From NCBI GenBank assembly GCA_964396165.1, contig CAYNEF010000006.1, forward strand, positions 3,505-67,504: DNA of 64,000 nucleotides, read 5' to 3'. The notes under the pieces are model-generated. The model had not been told where the DNA came from. It saw only the letters and a program-made list of their open reading frames with translations, and did no database searches. The position numbers were made by a program, and so were the translations under genes. The DNA comes from an uncultured Pseudobdellovibrionaceae bacterium (GTDB taxonomy: Bacteria; Bdellovibrionota; FAC87; UBA2466). Shown here piece by piece: positions 9,901 to 18,714 of the stretch. Positions within the stretch are counted from its first letter, which is position 1. Each line of letters begins with the position of its first letter.

Positions 9901-10336
9901 AGAGTGAAATCGGGTCGACTATCGTAACAGAATTTTTTTCAGTCCCACCGTAAAAATTGGGCTTAATCACTAGCTGATTGGAATCTTCTTCTTGGTCCAT
10001 CCAGGGATTTTTAGGGGTTTCTACAATCAGTTTTTCCTCTCCTGTTTCCATCGACTTGGAGATAAGTTGTGGGATGGATTGTCTGTCTGATTTTTTTCTT
10101 TTTAGATAGACGCCTGTTTTACCGTCTGGTGAGAGATGGTAGAGCGAGTAATTGTAGCCTTTTTCCACTTTTGGTAACCAATTACTTGTGCCGATGGGAA
10201 AATAAGTGCAATTTTTTGAGTCTGGAACAGGCCTTCTTGGTCTTGTTGTTTTTTCACTTACGAATCCCCCATAAGACAAGCGTGTGTCTGAAATGAGAAA
10301 CAACAGAAAGAAAAAAAGTAGAAGCGTTTTCTTCAC
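6926..10336 (-). CDS. large secreted protein: beta-propeller-like N-terminal half plus C-terminal putative clan-CD-like His/Cys domain
   Basis: 1136 aa; signal peptide MKKTLLLFFFLLFLIS; recurrent TolB/DPP-IV-type blade motifs (SPDGKTGVYL, SGDGKYLY, TDDGRFALFS, SPDGKWYY, NQNGSKVIY); C-terminus has MMKHAHSDGD and FAYVNGSCWS after hydrophobic strands. Confidence 0.6.
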   Translation of the reverse strand: MKKTLLLFFFLLFLISDTRLSYGGFVSEKTTRPRRPVPDSKNCTYFPIGTSNWLPKVEKGYNYSLYHLSPDGKTGVYLKRKKSDRQSIPQLISKSMETGEEKLIVETPKNPWMDQEEDSNQLVIKPNFYGGTEKNSVTIVDPISLSHVKMTSREGSQDFKYSPQINRGFFRLATNELEIFDTKTGQRTHTALGCEAGRETLSGDGKYLYRFDYRKLEVCMVDLISGRVKKTPWKAPSGYMDEPRKVQPNTSGICLSEGSTLQFFHPQFDGIKEINLQQMFDEKKMESRSGEKVNRSVCTDDGRFALFSTTNPKDHKSSIWQADLTTGKLSLIEVCGENADCGLNYSSQMPGYATAKAPGKDDLILYHIADGEKVDLVQRGKYGLSPDGKWYYNTSDGKKLMLHSTQDGSVRRFESKDIDKESIRFDSDNKNLRWGDGYDTAHTQLDVTSGKISRLRTTDSSSRIKFNQNGSKVIYESGQGIKTGELASVCVKLDVHMAEDITQCGKDGCDSLEMHGSKEVEAKSKENLKKLNEKSLCSLPLDKNKKDWDEITPYPPSATVNKIQMELYLKRFSKPQGFQAEAHLPVLYAALHQEFEDPGKPKGIFSPSLIASAMQGVLLSSPLLYEHLLAEFPEMGELDYMIKENNTDGCRTEEETKRSLEKILPYIEQQMELAIHPTELKDWTSILPLKSLLSVLPESKKTEIHDQMTNSLREGAATREDFTHLFASTVNYLIDDALKPIFGKTQSELTDVGYRMGTVEGKKVLVIPYAVGSKPIEVKYTEEKNGPVPVATDGGHASSAQRIKDNTVISKRNEYGFYTQTFSPVSVQNDTPVGSKMLDKVIEWKHGDKNYTASITGIAEKRNIYPLGKKSPDYSAMWKDKAFTGVHLIGSSDKKNGLDAYTHLRKYYEEKGFKFKDDFVEVPDLPEFLKKKIESNEADYMMKHAHSDGDNKNLVEMDKQSWYIKGTLEYTEGNKEEVYLIWPNGHKHETVKVPNANFGEWLRKREANGGSEFAYVNGSCWSVQKAVPEMMEANTPLLLEVASTTSNYFFRNHEEHGEQILLTAIREAKSFEEIRQAMKKNPHYAKGEGNNFVFPDEPKYKETVQDKLVTPMRSRVQMYELDKEGKKSEYEWKNAH

Positions 10337-10520
10337 AAAACCCCGAAAAAAAATCTAACAGTTAAAAAAAATCCCCTATGAGTCAGTAGCTCCATTCTAA
10401 TGGTGAAATGTGGAGTAAAAATGATGCGAAAAAGGACGTTTCACAACTGTTAACGGGATTTAGTGCGCTTTAAACGAGGGTGTATTCCAAAGAGATACGA
10501 TTGATCCTACGGAGAAAATC

Positions 10521-11456
10521 ATGAATCGTCTTGCAATCTTGTGTTGTCTGTTTACCTCTTTGTCAGCCTTTTCGCTAGACTTCGATAGGTACCACCGTCA
10601 GGATGAAATTAATCAGTATATGCGAGATTTGGCTCACGATTACCCCCAGTACATAAAATTCTACAATCTTGGCGAATCCGATGAAAAAAGAGAAATATCT
10701 TACGTTACGCTTACCAAGGGAACAGAAGCATTGCCTGCAATTTATTTTAATGGAACTCACCACGGTAACGAATGGTCATCCACTGAATCCATCTTGGGCT
10801 TGATGGATTATTTGCTTGTGCACCGGGATGACGCTGACGTGTCTCTTCTTTTGTCTAAATATGTTTTTTATCTTCAGCCAATCGTTAATCCTGATGGGCA
10901 TCAACACCACACAAGAGAAGAAATTCACGGAAAAGATCCAAACAGAGATTATGCGTATCCGGGGGGAGCGGCGAACAAAAAATTTAAAACAAAAATTATT
11001 CCGCTCGTAAAAAAACTTTTGGATAGCCGCAAATTTATAGCTGCAGCGGCCTACCACTCGGGAATTGAGGAAGTGTTGTGGCCCTGGTGCTACACCGGTA
11101 GTCCGACCAACTTGAAAGATGTCTTTTTCACACTTTCTAAAAAAACGGCGATGGCGATGAAGTATAAACGGTATTTGCAGTCTTATTATGATTACGCTAC
11201 CGACGGAGAATTTATTGATTATGCTTTTATGAGCCAGGGCACGCTTGCGTTGACATTTGAAGTGTCGAGCGCACTGACTCCAGCAGAGTCTCAGTTGGAT
11301 TTTGTGGTTAAACGCTCTATCCAGGGTGCACTAGCATTTGTCCAAGCACTCGATGCCTATCGCGACGGTCGACTTATTTTGGAAGCTGCTCCGCAATACA
11401 CACTAAGACAACTGCAGAATCCTATGTGGAAAATGCTTGGTCAAAAACTTGAGTAA
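10521..11456 (+). CDS. secreted M14-family zinc carboxypeptidase
   Basis: 311 aa; signal peptide; zinc motif HHGNEWSS (HxxE), NPDGHQH, later YHSG. Confidence 0.8.
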   Translation: MNRLAILCCLFTSLSAFSLDFDRYHRQDEINQYMRDLAHDYPQYIKFYNLGESDEKREISYVTLTKGTEALPAIYFNGTHHGNEWSSTESILGLMDYLLVHRDDADVSLLLSKYVFYLQPIVNPDGHQHHTREEIHGKDPNRDYAYPGGAANKKFKTKIIPLVKKLLDSRKFIAAAAYHSGIEEVLWPWCYTGSPTNLKDVFFTLSKKTAMAMKYKRYLQSYYDYATDGEFIDYAFMSQGTLALTFEVSSALTPAESQLDFVVKRSIQGALAFVQALDAYRDGRLILEAAPQYTLRQLQNPMWKMLGQKLE

Positions 11457-12071
11457 TTATTGAGCGCGGACTTCTAAATTTTCCGTGTAGCCGTTCAGAT
11501 AGAAACTTAAGTATTCAATCTTGTCTTCCACACCCAGCCAAACTTCTACTTCTTGTTCTGGTTCCACTTCCACGGCATCCTGAAAGGTGAGGTGAGAGGT
11601 TGCAAAGTAAATGTTTAGTCTAGAGAGAGACATTTTTTCTCTTCCATGGTGAATGAAAAATAGTTTAGTCACTTTTTGTTCGGGGTGCGCATTGTTCATT
11701 TTGACCCAGTTATGGGAAGTGCGCGCTGTCGTTCCCACTAGAAAAGTAGGAGTAGCGGGAACTGGTGTCGGAGGCGTAACCACTGGTGGAGGTACGGGAG
11801 TAACTGGAGAAGGTACTGGTACAGGAGTGACAGCTGGTGGTGGCACAGGAACTACGATCGGAGATGGCACGGGTGTTGGGGATACGACCGGTGTCGGAGT
11901 GGGAGATGCAACTGGAGAAGGCGTAGGTGTCGGTGTCGGTTGTCTTCTTTCTGCTTCAGGTGAAGTAGGCGGCGTTTGTGGACCAGGAGCAGTTTCCTCT
12001 TTTCCGCAACTATTTAATAAAAGAACAATACTGAGAGCGAAAATAATTTTAAAACCGTTTTTGAATTGCAT
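11457..12071 (-). CDS. lipoprotein with long Pro/Thr/Val-rich linker and about 100-aa C-terminal domain
   Basis: Lipobox LLLNSC; start set at ATG 12071 (AGAGG RBS 6 nt upstream); abuts the convergent M14 gene with zero gap. Confidence 0.6.
   Translation of the reverse strand: MQFKNGFKIIFALSIVLLLNSCGKEETAPGPQTPPTSPEAERRQPTPTPTPSPVASPTPTPVVSPTPVPSPIVVPVPPPAVTPVPVPSPVTPVPPPVVTPPTPVPATPTFLVGTTARTSHNWVKMNNAHPEQKVTKLFFIHHGREKMSLSRLNIYFATSHLTFQDAVEVEPEQEVEVWLGVEDKIEYLSFYLNGYTENLEVRAQ
11741..11990. repeat. low-complexity coding repeat (PTPTPSPV / PVPPPVVTP units)
   Basis: Translation APGPQTPPTSPE...PTPTPTPSPVASPTPTPVVSPTPVPSPIVVPVPPPAVTPVPVPSPVTPVPPPVVTPPTPVPATP. Confidence 0.7.
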
Positions 12072-12244
12072 CTTTGCCTCTTTGTTAATTTGGACCTGCA
12101 ACTTAGTCTAATTTTCTCAAGTTTCAAGGGTATTTAACGGTTTGTAACGCAGTGCAATTTTCCGGCCCCATCCTTTAAGTAAAAAGACTTCCCTTGTGAG
12201 CAAAGTAATGGAATTATTAAAATAATATTAATAAAGGAGTTCGG

Positions 12245-12718
12245 TTGAAGAAGCTTTTAATCAGTCTATTTATTCTGGCAACGATTCAACCCAACGCATT
12301 TGGACTGGGAAAAGTAGGGGATTACATCGGGACTGGTGGAATCGGGTTTACCGCATCCCCCTCTACTTTCTTACTCGCCCCACAATTGGAGTATGTCTAC
12401 CGAGAAGATTTAACTATCGCAGGGGCTGCACAAATCGGTCTGTCTGAGGGTGTGCTTTTTACCGGTGGCGGGATCGCCCGTTGGAGTTTGGGAAGTCACG
12501 CGTATATAAAACCCAGTTTTGAAGCGGGTATTGGAATAGCATTAGCCTCTGGCATTTTATCGAAAAGTTTCGGCGTACATATTTTAACAGGGATTGGCGT
12601 CGACTATGTCCTTTCAAAAGACATGACGATCGGAACGATGTTGCGCCTGAATTTTGCGCCGCCCTTACAAGGATTTTTTATTTCCTGGCCTCTGATAACC
12701 GCGCGGTTTCTTCTATAG
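12245..12718 (+). CDS. small secreted Gly/Ala-rich protein, possible outer-membrane beta-barrel
   Basis: 157 aa; TTG start with AAAGGAG RBS; signal peptide MKKLLISLFILATIQPNAFG; alternating hydrophobic pattern. Confidence 0.45.
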   Translation: MKKLLISLFILATIQPNAFGLGKVGDYIGTGGIGFTASPSTFLLAPQLEYVYREDLTIAGAAQIGLSEGVLFTGGGIARWSLGSHAYIKPSFEAGIGIALASGILSKSFGVHILTGIGVDYVLSKDMTIGTMLRLNFAPPLQGFFISWPLITARFLL

Positions 12719-12764
12719 GCTAGAGCCTAGACGCCTAGCAAAAAGACGAATAAGCTGTACATAA

Positions 12765-14081
12765 ATGGAAAAGCGCCAATTAGCTGAAAAAATTGTTTCT
12801 ACTTTACGGCAAGCAGGACATGAGGCCTATTTTGCCGGCGGCAGTGTGCGCGATGCTTTGCGTGGCGTAACTCCTAAAGACTTTGATATTGCGACCAGCG
12901 CAAAGCCGGAACAAACGCAAAAACTTTTTCCAAAAACGATTCCTGTCGGCGTGCAATTTGGAGTGATTTTGGTAGTGGAAGAGGGCACTTCGTTTGAAGT
13001 AGCCACTTTCAGAAATGAAACTGGGTACCTGGATGGCAGGCACCCAACTCAAGTCACTTTTTCAAGTCTAGAAGAAGATGCCAAACGCCGTGATTTCACA
13101 GTGAACGGACTGTACTTTGATCCTGCAACAAAAAAAGTAATCGACTTTGTCAAAGGCGAAGCGGATATCCAGGCGAAAATTATTCGTACCATTGGCAGCG
13201 CGGAAGAACGATTTTTGGAAGATCATTTAAGAATGATGCGGGCCATTCGCTTTTCGGTGCAGCTCGGGTTTGAAATAGAAAAAAACACGCTTGAGTCCAT
13301 TAAAAAGAACCATGCACTGATTCAAAAAGTCAGCATGGAAAGAATCCGGGATGAATTCTCTAAAATTTTAACGTCTAAAGAACCCTCACGCGGGATCCAC
13401 CTACTCGATAGCACGGGACTTTTAAAATACGTTCTGCCTGAAATGGAAATCATGAAAGGGGTGGAACAGCCAATGGAGTATCACCCTGAGGGCGATGTTT
13501 TTATCCACACGATGATGCTTGTCGATGGGTTAAAAGAAGCCCCACTGGAACTAGCACTTGGTTGCCTGTTACATGATGTCGCAAAGCCTGCAACTTTTGT
13601 CAGAGCAGTCGATCGCATTCGATTTCATGGCCATGACACGATTGGCGCTGAGATGTCTGAAAAAATTATGAAACGGCTTACGTACTCGAATGATCAGACG
13701 GAGCTTGTGTGTGATTTGGTGAGAGAGCATTTGCGTTTTAAAGACGCATTCAATATGCGGACTTCGACACTTAAACGTTTTTTGTCGATGCCACGTTTTG
13801 ACTTACACCTGGAATTACACCGTCTGGATTGCATGGCGAGCCACAAAAAGCTTGAGGCGTATGAGTTTTGCAAACAAAAGTACGAGGAGTTTTTAAAACT
13901 TCCTCCTCCTCCACTAAGATTGATAAATGGACAAGATTTGATTGCGGCCGGCTTTAAACCCGGGCCAAAATTCACAGACATTTTGCGTGCTGTCGAGGAT
14001 GCGATTTTAGAAGGGACTGTGAAAACGAGGGATGAAGCGCTCACCTATTTAAAGGAGAATTTTTCACCTGATGAAAACTAA
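12765..14081 (+). CDS. cca: CCA-adding tRNA nucleotidyltransferase with HD domain
   Basis: 438 aa; GGSVRDALRG...PKDFDIAT polymerase-beta head; RDFTVNGL; HD domain HDVAKP...HGHD. Confidence 0.85.
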   Translation: MEKRQLAEKIVSTLRQAGHEAYFAGGSVRDALRGVTPKDFDIATSAKPEQTQKLFPKTIPVGVQFGVILVVEEGTSFEVATFRNETGYLDGRHPTQVTFSSLEEDAKRRDFTVNGLYFDPATKKVIDFVKGEADIQAKIIRTIGSAEERFLEDHLRMMRAIRFSVQLGFEIEKNTLESIKKNHALIQKVSMERIRDEFSKILTSKEPSRGIHLLDSTGLLKYVLPEMEIMKGVEQPMEYHPEGDVFIHTMMLVDGLKEAPLELALGCLLHDVAKPATFVRAVDRIRFHGHDTIGAEMSEKIMKRLTYSNDQTELVCDLVREHLRFKDAFNMRTSTLKRFLSMPRFDLHLELHRLDCMASHKKLEAYEFCKQKYEEFLKLPPPPLRLINGQDLIAAGFKPGPKFTDILRAVEDAILEGTVKTRDEALTYLKENFSPDEN

Positions 14082-15009
14082 ACCAAATTACACAGAACTG
14101 CTGACACGTTTTCAAAATGGCGATTTACGAGCTTTGGGAAGATTGATTTCCTTGGCGGAAAATCAGGATCCGGCAGTTTATCAGGTCTTAGAAAAAATAT
14201 ATTCTCCTAGCAAAAAAACAAAGGTGTTTGGCTTGACCGGTGTGCCGGGGGCGGGAAAAAGTTCTTTAATCAGCGGCTTTATCAAGCAAATTCGAGAAGA
14301 AAAATTAAAAGTCGCAGTCATTGCCGTAGATCCGGTGAGCCCGTTTTCTGGTGGCTCTATTTTGGGAGATCGCATCCGATTGTCCGCGCATTTTAATGAT
14401 CCCGATGTGTACATTAGAAGTTTGAGTACAAGAGGTAGACTGGGCGGAATTTCTCTGGCGACAGAACAAGCCGTGCATTTGGCAATGGCCTTTGGGTTTG
14501 ATTGGGTACTTGTAGAAACAGTAGGTGTCGGGCAAAGCGAAGTGGACATAAGAAACATCGCTGATCTAACTTCAGTCGTGCTGGTCCCTGAATGGGGCGA
14601 TTCTATCCAGGCGTTAAAGTCAGGTATCATCGAAATCGGGGATCTCTTTATCGTAAATAAGTCTGATCGCGAAGGTGCAGATAAAATAGTGATGGAGTTG
14701 GAAAATACGCTTCACATGGCGGGTAAAACCGATGTGAAAGTGAAACCGACGTCTGCCCTAGACGATACAAAAGTATGCGAAGTGTATAACGAGATAAAAA
14801 CACTCTTTGCTGCGAAAGCCAGTTATATCGAACAGAAAAGAAAGTTGCGAAGCTTCGGCACGGCAAAAGATGTTATTCAATTATATCTGCTTAAAGAATT
14901 AGAAAATTGGCTGAGTGATAACCATTCCCTAGAGACTCACACGAATCCGTATGAAACGATTCAATCTTTTCAAAAAAAATATCCTCCTGGGAGCTTGCTT
15001 AAAAAATGA
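14071..15009 (+). CDS. meaB: G3E-family GTPase MeaB/ArgK (LAO/AO transport ATPase)
   Basis: 312 aa; P-loop GVPGAGKSSL, VETVGVGQSE, NKSD; 11-nt overlap with cca. Confidence 0.8.
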   Translation: MKTKPNYTELLTRFQNGDLRALGRLISLAENQDPAVYQVLEKIYSPSKKTKVFGLTGVPGAGKSSLISGFIKQIREEKLKVAVIAVDPVSPFSGGSILGDRIRLSAHFNDPDVYIRSLSTRGRLGGISLATEQAVHLAMAFGFDWVLVETVGVGQSEVDIRNIADLTSVVLVPEWGDSIQALKSGIIEIGDLFIVNKSDREGADKIVMELENTLHMAGKTDVKVKPTSALDDTKVCEVYNEIKTLFAAKASYIEQKRKLRSFGTAKDVIQLYLLKELENWLSDNHSLETHTNPYETIQSFQKKYPPGSLLKK

Positions 15010-16016
15010 GTCTTAAAATTCTGATTTCTAGAACAGACAGATTGGGCGATGTATTACTCGCTCTGCCTGCGCTGGCCTATGTCAGACGTGCACTTCCCGA
15101 TGCGGAGATAGATTTTTTATGCCGGATGGAAGTAGGAGATGTCATTCGGCCTACGCTCGATGCCTTGCGCATCCAGACACTGTTCATTCCCGATGGTGAT
15201 AAGTTAAAATTCGTAAAAAAATACAAGGCATGTCTATTTTTATTTTGGGAAGAGCGTTTGTGTAAAGGAGCTTTCTATTCTCGTATTCCCATTCGAATGG
15301 GAATTTACTCAAAACCGCTTTCCTATCTTTTATTAAATAGTGGCATCAGACAACACAGATCCCTCGCGCGAAAAAATGAAGCTCTGTACAACCTGGATTT
15401 AGTAAGAAAGTTTTTAGCAAAGCTTGGAGTAGCAGAAGAGTTTTCTATCGAGGAGAAAATAACACTTTCCACAGACGAAATGAGCAAGCGACGGGCGGAA
15501 CAACTGGTTGCGCAATTAGGGCTTACCAAATCTCAATACGTTGTCGTTCATCCTGGAATGGGAGGAAGTGCGCTTAATCCTTCTATCGAAAATTATATTC
15601 AAATTATTGAAAAACTGCGTGCGGACAAAGAAGAAGTGGTGCTTTCCATGGGACCTTTGGCGCTAGATCAAGGAATGGGTAAACGCATCCAGGAAAAACT
15701 TGCAGATTTAAAAATTATTCAAGGTCAGACGCTTCCTGTTTTAAGGGAGTTCTTCAGGCTTTCCAGAGTCGTCATTGCGCCAAGTACAGGTCCGTTGCAT
15801 CTTGCCCATCTTTCGGGTGCAAAAACGATTGGTTTATTCTCTCCTGTTTTAAGCCATTCCCAAGTCCGATGGGCACCTTGGGGCGGAATAGGCGAAAGTT
15901 TGACGCTAGCTCCCCAAGTTCCTTGTCCTGCTAAACAAGATTGTTTAGGGCAAGCATGTACATATTTTCCGTGCATGGACAAGGCAGATTGGGTAAATTT
16001 GATGGGAAAAATATGA
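15006..16016 (+). CDS. glycosyltransferase family 9 (LPS heptosyltransferase-like)
   Basis: 336 aa; ILISRTDRLGDVLLALPAL N-terminus and PSTGPLHLAHLSGAKTIGLFSP C-terminal block typical of GT9; ATGA overlap with meaB. Confidence 0.75.
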   Translation: MSLKILISRTDRLGDVLLALPALAYVRRALPDAEIDFLCRMEVGDVIRPTLDALRIQTLFIPDGDKLKFVKKYKACLFLFWEERLCKGAFYSRIPIRMGIYSKPLSYLLLNSGIRQHRSLARKNEALYNLDLVRKFLAKLGVAEEFSIEEKITLSTDEMSKRRAEQLVAQLGLTKSQYVVVHPGMGGSALNPSIENYIQIIEKLRADKEEVVLSMGPLALDQGMGKRIQEKLADLKIIQGQTLPVLREFFRLSRVVIAPSTGPLHLAHLSGAKTIGLFSPVLSHSQVRWAPWGGIGESLTLAPQVPCPAKQDCLGQACTYFPCMDKADWVNLMGKI

Positions 16017-17026
16017 AAACAGATTTTATCGAAAAAATGAGTGGGGCTCATCTCTTGGTAGTCGGGGAGGTGGGAATTGATGAATACATTTGGGGCGATA
16101 CCAAACGCATTAGCCCTGAGGCTCCTGTGCCAGTTGTGGAAGTGAGCGCGCAAACTCAAAAATTGGGAATGGCGGCAAACGTAGCACACAATATCACTTC
16201 TCTTTCTGGACAAGTCACACTTGTCAGTGTTTGCGGTAAAGACAGGGAAGCGACAGAGCTTAAAAAAATGATTAACGAAGCGGGTATTACGCAAAGTCAT
16301 TTTATAGAAGATGCTACGCGACCCACTTTGAGAAAAGTGCGTGTAATTGCGCAAAAACAACATGTCGTGCGTGTGGATTATGAGCGCTCGCACTTACTAG
16401 ATGAGAAAATTGCAAAAACGCTCACTGAAAAAGTTTGCGACACACTAGATTCTGTAGATGGCGTGATTGTGCAGGATTATGGGAAAGGTTTTTGGACAGA
16501 AGCTTCGATGGCATTTGTAAAAACAGCACGCCAGAAGAAAAAACCTGTGTTCGTAGATCCCAGCCGTAATACTCCGCTGGAACTTTATAAGGGTGTAACA
16601 CTTTTGACTCCGAATATGGCTGAAGCGGAAAGTTTGACGGGGCTTCCTCCCGATAGAGCTCCAAGTAGTGGACTGAATATGGAGCGCCTTGAAAAAATTG
16701 CGCAGAAAATTTTAAATACGACGGAATGTACGCACTCCATTGTGACTTGCGGAGAGTGGGGCATGATTTCTGTTTCTCATGACGATAAGAAAATCAAACG
16801 TATCCCGACTTTTGCAAGACAGGTATTTGACGTAACAGGAGCGGGCGATACAGTCATTGCAGTCATGTCTTTGATGATGGTTTTAGGTTATTCCCTTTCG
16901 GAATGTATGAAGGTGGCTAATGCTGCGGCCGGTATTGTGGTTGGCCAAATTGGCGCCGCGTGCGTAAAACCTCAAGAGCTTAAATCTGAGCTTGAAAGAT
17001 TAGAGACACTTGGTCTATTAAAATAG
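16013..17026 (+). CDS. hldA: D-glycero-beta-D-manno-heptose-7-phosphate kinase (RfaE domain I, monofunctional)
   Basis: VVGEVGIDEYIWGDTKRISPEAPVPVV and DVTGAGDT PfkB-family motifs; start set to ATG 16013, overlapping the GT9 stop (ATATGA). Confidence 0.8.
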   Translation: MKTDFIEKMSGAHLLVVGEVGIDEYIWGDTKRISPEAPVPVVEVSAQTQKLGMAANVAHNITSLSGQVTLVSVCGKDREATELKKMINEAGITQSHFIEDATRPTLRKVRVIAQKQHVVRVDYERSHLLDEKIAKTLTEKVCDTLDSVDGVIVQDYGKGFWTEASMAFVKTARQKKKPVFVDPSRNTPLELYKGVTLLTPNMAEAESLTGLPPDRAPSSGLNMERLEKIAQKILNTTECTHSIVTCGEWGMISVSHDDKKIKRIPTFARQVFDVTGAGDTVIAVMSLMMVLGYSLSECMKVANAAAGIVVGQIGAACVKPQELKSELERLETLGLLK

Positions 17027-17034
17027 TTTCTTAC

Positions 17035-17108
17035 TGGTCGATCGTCTAATGGTAGGACAGAGGACTCTGACTCCTCTAATCTAGGTTCGAGTCCTAGTCG
17101 ACCAACCA
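17035..17108 (+). tRNA. tRNA-Gln (anticodon CUG), CCA encoded
   Basis: Cloverleaf folded by hand: 7-bp acceptor stem (U1:A72), D arm GTCT/GGAC, anticodon stem GAGGA/TCCTC with loop CT-CTG-AC (17067-17069), T arm CTAGG-TTCGAGT-CCTAG, discriminator A, CCA 17106-17108. Confidence 0.92.
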
Positions 17109-17237
17109 AGTCTGACTAAAGAAATAATTGATGAATCAATCTTAAACAGTGTTGCATTCTCGCAAATTTATTCCATAGGAAAATCAATGCCATTTTCGAG
17201 GCGGATTTGGCGGATCTTTTGCACCCTAAAAAAGCAT

Positions 17238-17873
17238 ATGACTAAAAGAACTTTTTTAATCTACTTATTACTCTGTTCCATATTTACGGGCCAAGCGAAG
17301 GCTGGATGGTGCGGTGATATTCTTACGGCAATATTCGTTCCCAAAAAAGTCCAAAGAATTTGGGAGATAAATAAGGAGCTCGCCGATTTGAAGAAAGTGA
17401 TTGCGGATAAACCTAAGAGTAAAGCAGAGCAAATACGCGAATCGTGGGACAACCGTTTCGCACCTGCTATACATCATAAAAAGATTAAACCAGAGGAAGT
17501 TCAGATTTTTACGGGCCCCATTCGTCAGGATCCCAATTATCTTAAACTCGAAAAACAAATGGTGAATGACTATTATTCATTCTTAAAAAAAACGGACGGT
17601 TTGGTAGAATTTGAAACTCCTTTTCCTAACGCCGTAAATGAATTCATTGAATATACCCGAAAGCACCAAGAACTCATCGATTCTGCTGTCGTTTACTCAG
17701 TCTACAGTCCAGTTCACGGGGGATTCTTGCCATGGAGTAACCCCGGCGCTGTTATCGATGTACGGTATAAGCGCCTCCCTTCCGACGCAGAAACTCAAGC
17801 GCGGCACAAACAAGCCGAGGATCGTATCCAGGCCCTAAAAGCAGAAGCTCTAGCCCTGCATCCTCCCAAATAG
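17238..17873 (+). CDS. hypothetical secreted protein
   Basis: Start set at MTKRTFLIYLLLCSIFTGQAKA signal peptide; no recognisable motif. Confidence 0.5.
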   Translation: MTKRTFLIYLLLCSIFTGQAKAGWCGDILTAIFVPKKVQRIWEINKELADLKKVIADKPKSKAEQIRESWDNRFAPAIHHKKIKPEEVQIFTGPIRQDPNYLKLEKQMVNDYYSFLKKTDGLVEFETPFPNAVNEFIEYTRKHQELIDSAVVYSVYSPVHGGFLPWSNPGAVIDVRYKRLPSDAETQARHKQAEDRIQALKAEALALHPPK

Positions 17874-17916
17874 ATTGTATGAAATTTACTCTCGTATAAG
17901 CAGGCATCGTTTGCTA

Positions 17917-18714
17917 TTAATACAGGCTCAATGAGCTGCTGTATCTCTCTTCGACATCGCTTTCGTTTAAGTCCTCCCAAACAAATTCGTTCTGCTTTGT
18001 TTTTACAGAAACGATGTGAACGAGTCCGTCGTCTCCAACAGCAAGTTTCGCTAAATGGTACCCTACATACTTCGGAGTAGTGAATACGAGATCATAACCG
18101 TTTTCAATGTGCCATGAGACGTCTGCAGCAAAATCCACGATCTGTTCAATGTTATCCACGTCGATTTTTATCTTTCCGTTGGATGCATCATAGAATGTAA
18201 AACGCATTTCCGTTGCTTTAAGAGCGTCTAGAACAAAGGGATAACTGGTCACGTTTTTCTTGCAGGCTTCGCTCATGCCGTTTAAGTAATAATCCTGAAA
18301 CGCAAGCTGATCGATTCGCTCAATTTTTGCATCCACTAGCTTAAAGTCTACTGTTCTTACGTAATCTGCTTTAAGGTTGAATGAGAAAGTCGGAGAGCCT
18401 GCTGTAGCAATAGTATTCAACTCGGCACCGAACTCGATTTTAGCTTGATAATGCTTATTTGCGATCGAACTATCATTGTCCCATCTTAAGTTTGAAGGTT
18501 TTCCTTCGATCATCTCGGGCACACAGCGATTCGCCGGTGCCATAGGGGAAAGATTGTCCGGAGCTCCTCGGACTAGCAATCCAGTTCCGACACCTGTCAT
18601 CGGGTGTGTAAAGGGAATAAATCCATTTTTCTGAATTTCTGTGAAATATGCCTTTTCAGCTTTACATCCTCCTAGGAGAAGAAGACCGATAAGAGCGAAT
18701 GATAAATGTTTCAT
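17917..18714 (-). CDS. hypothetical lipoprotein (265 aa)
   Basis: Lipobox LLLLGGC; beta-rich sequence, no catalytic motif. Confidence 0.55.
   Translation of the reverse strand: MKHLSFALIGLLLLGGCKAEKAYFTEIQKNGFIPFTHPMTGVGTGLLVRGAPDNLSPMAPANRCVPEMIEGKPSNLRWDNDSSIANKHYQAKIEFGAELNTIATAGSPTFSFNLKADYVRTVDFKLVDAKIERIDQLAFQDYYLNGMSEACKKNVTSYPFVLDALKATEMRFTFYDASNGKIKIDVDNIEQIVDFAADVSWHIENGYDLVFTTPKYVGYHLAKLAVGDDGLVHIVSVKTKQNEFVWEDLNESDVEERYSSSLSLY

Noticed and set aside
11653-12111. 152-aa Gly/Thr/Val-rich ORF on the plus strand
   Set aside because: It is the mirror-frame artefact of the Pro/Thr/Val-rich linker of the minus-strand lipoprotein. The minus-strand gene has a lipobox, an RBS and a structured C-terminal domain.
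15725-16393. 222-aa minus-strand ORF across the GT9/hldA junction
   Set aside because: It is antisense to two well-supported genes and has no motif or RBS.
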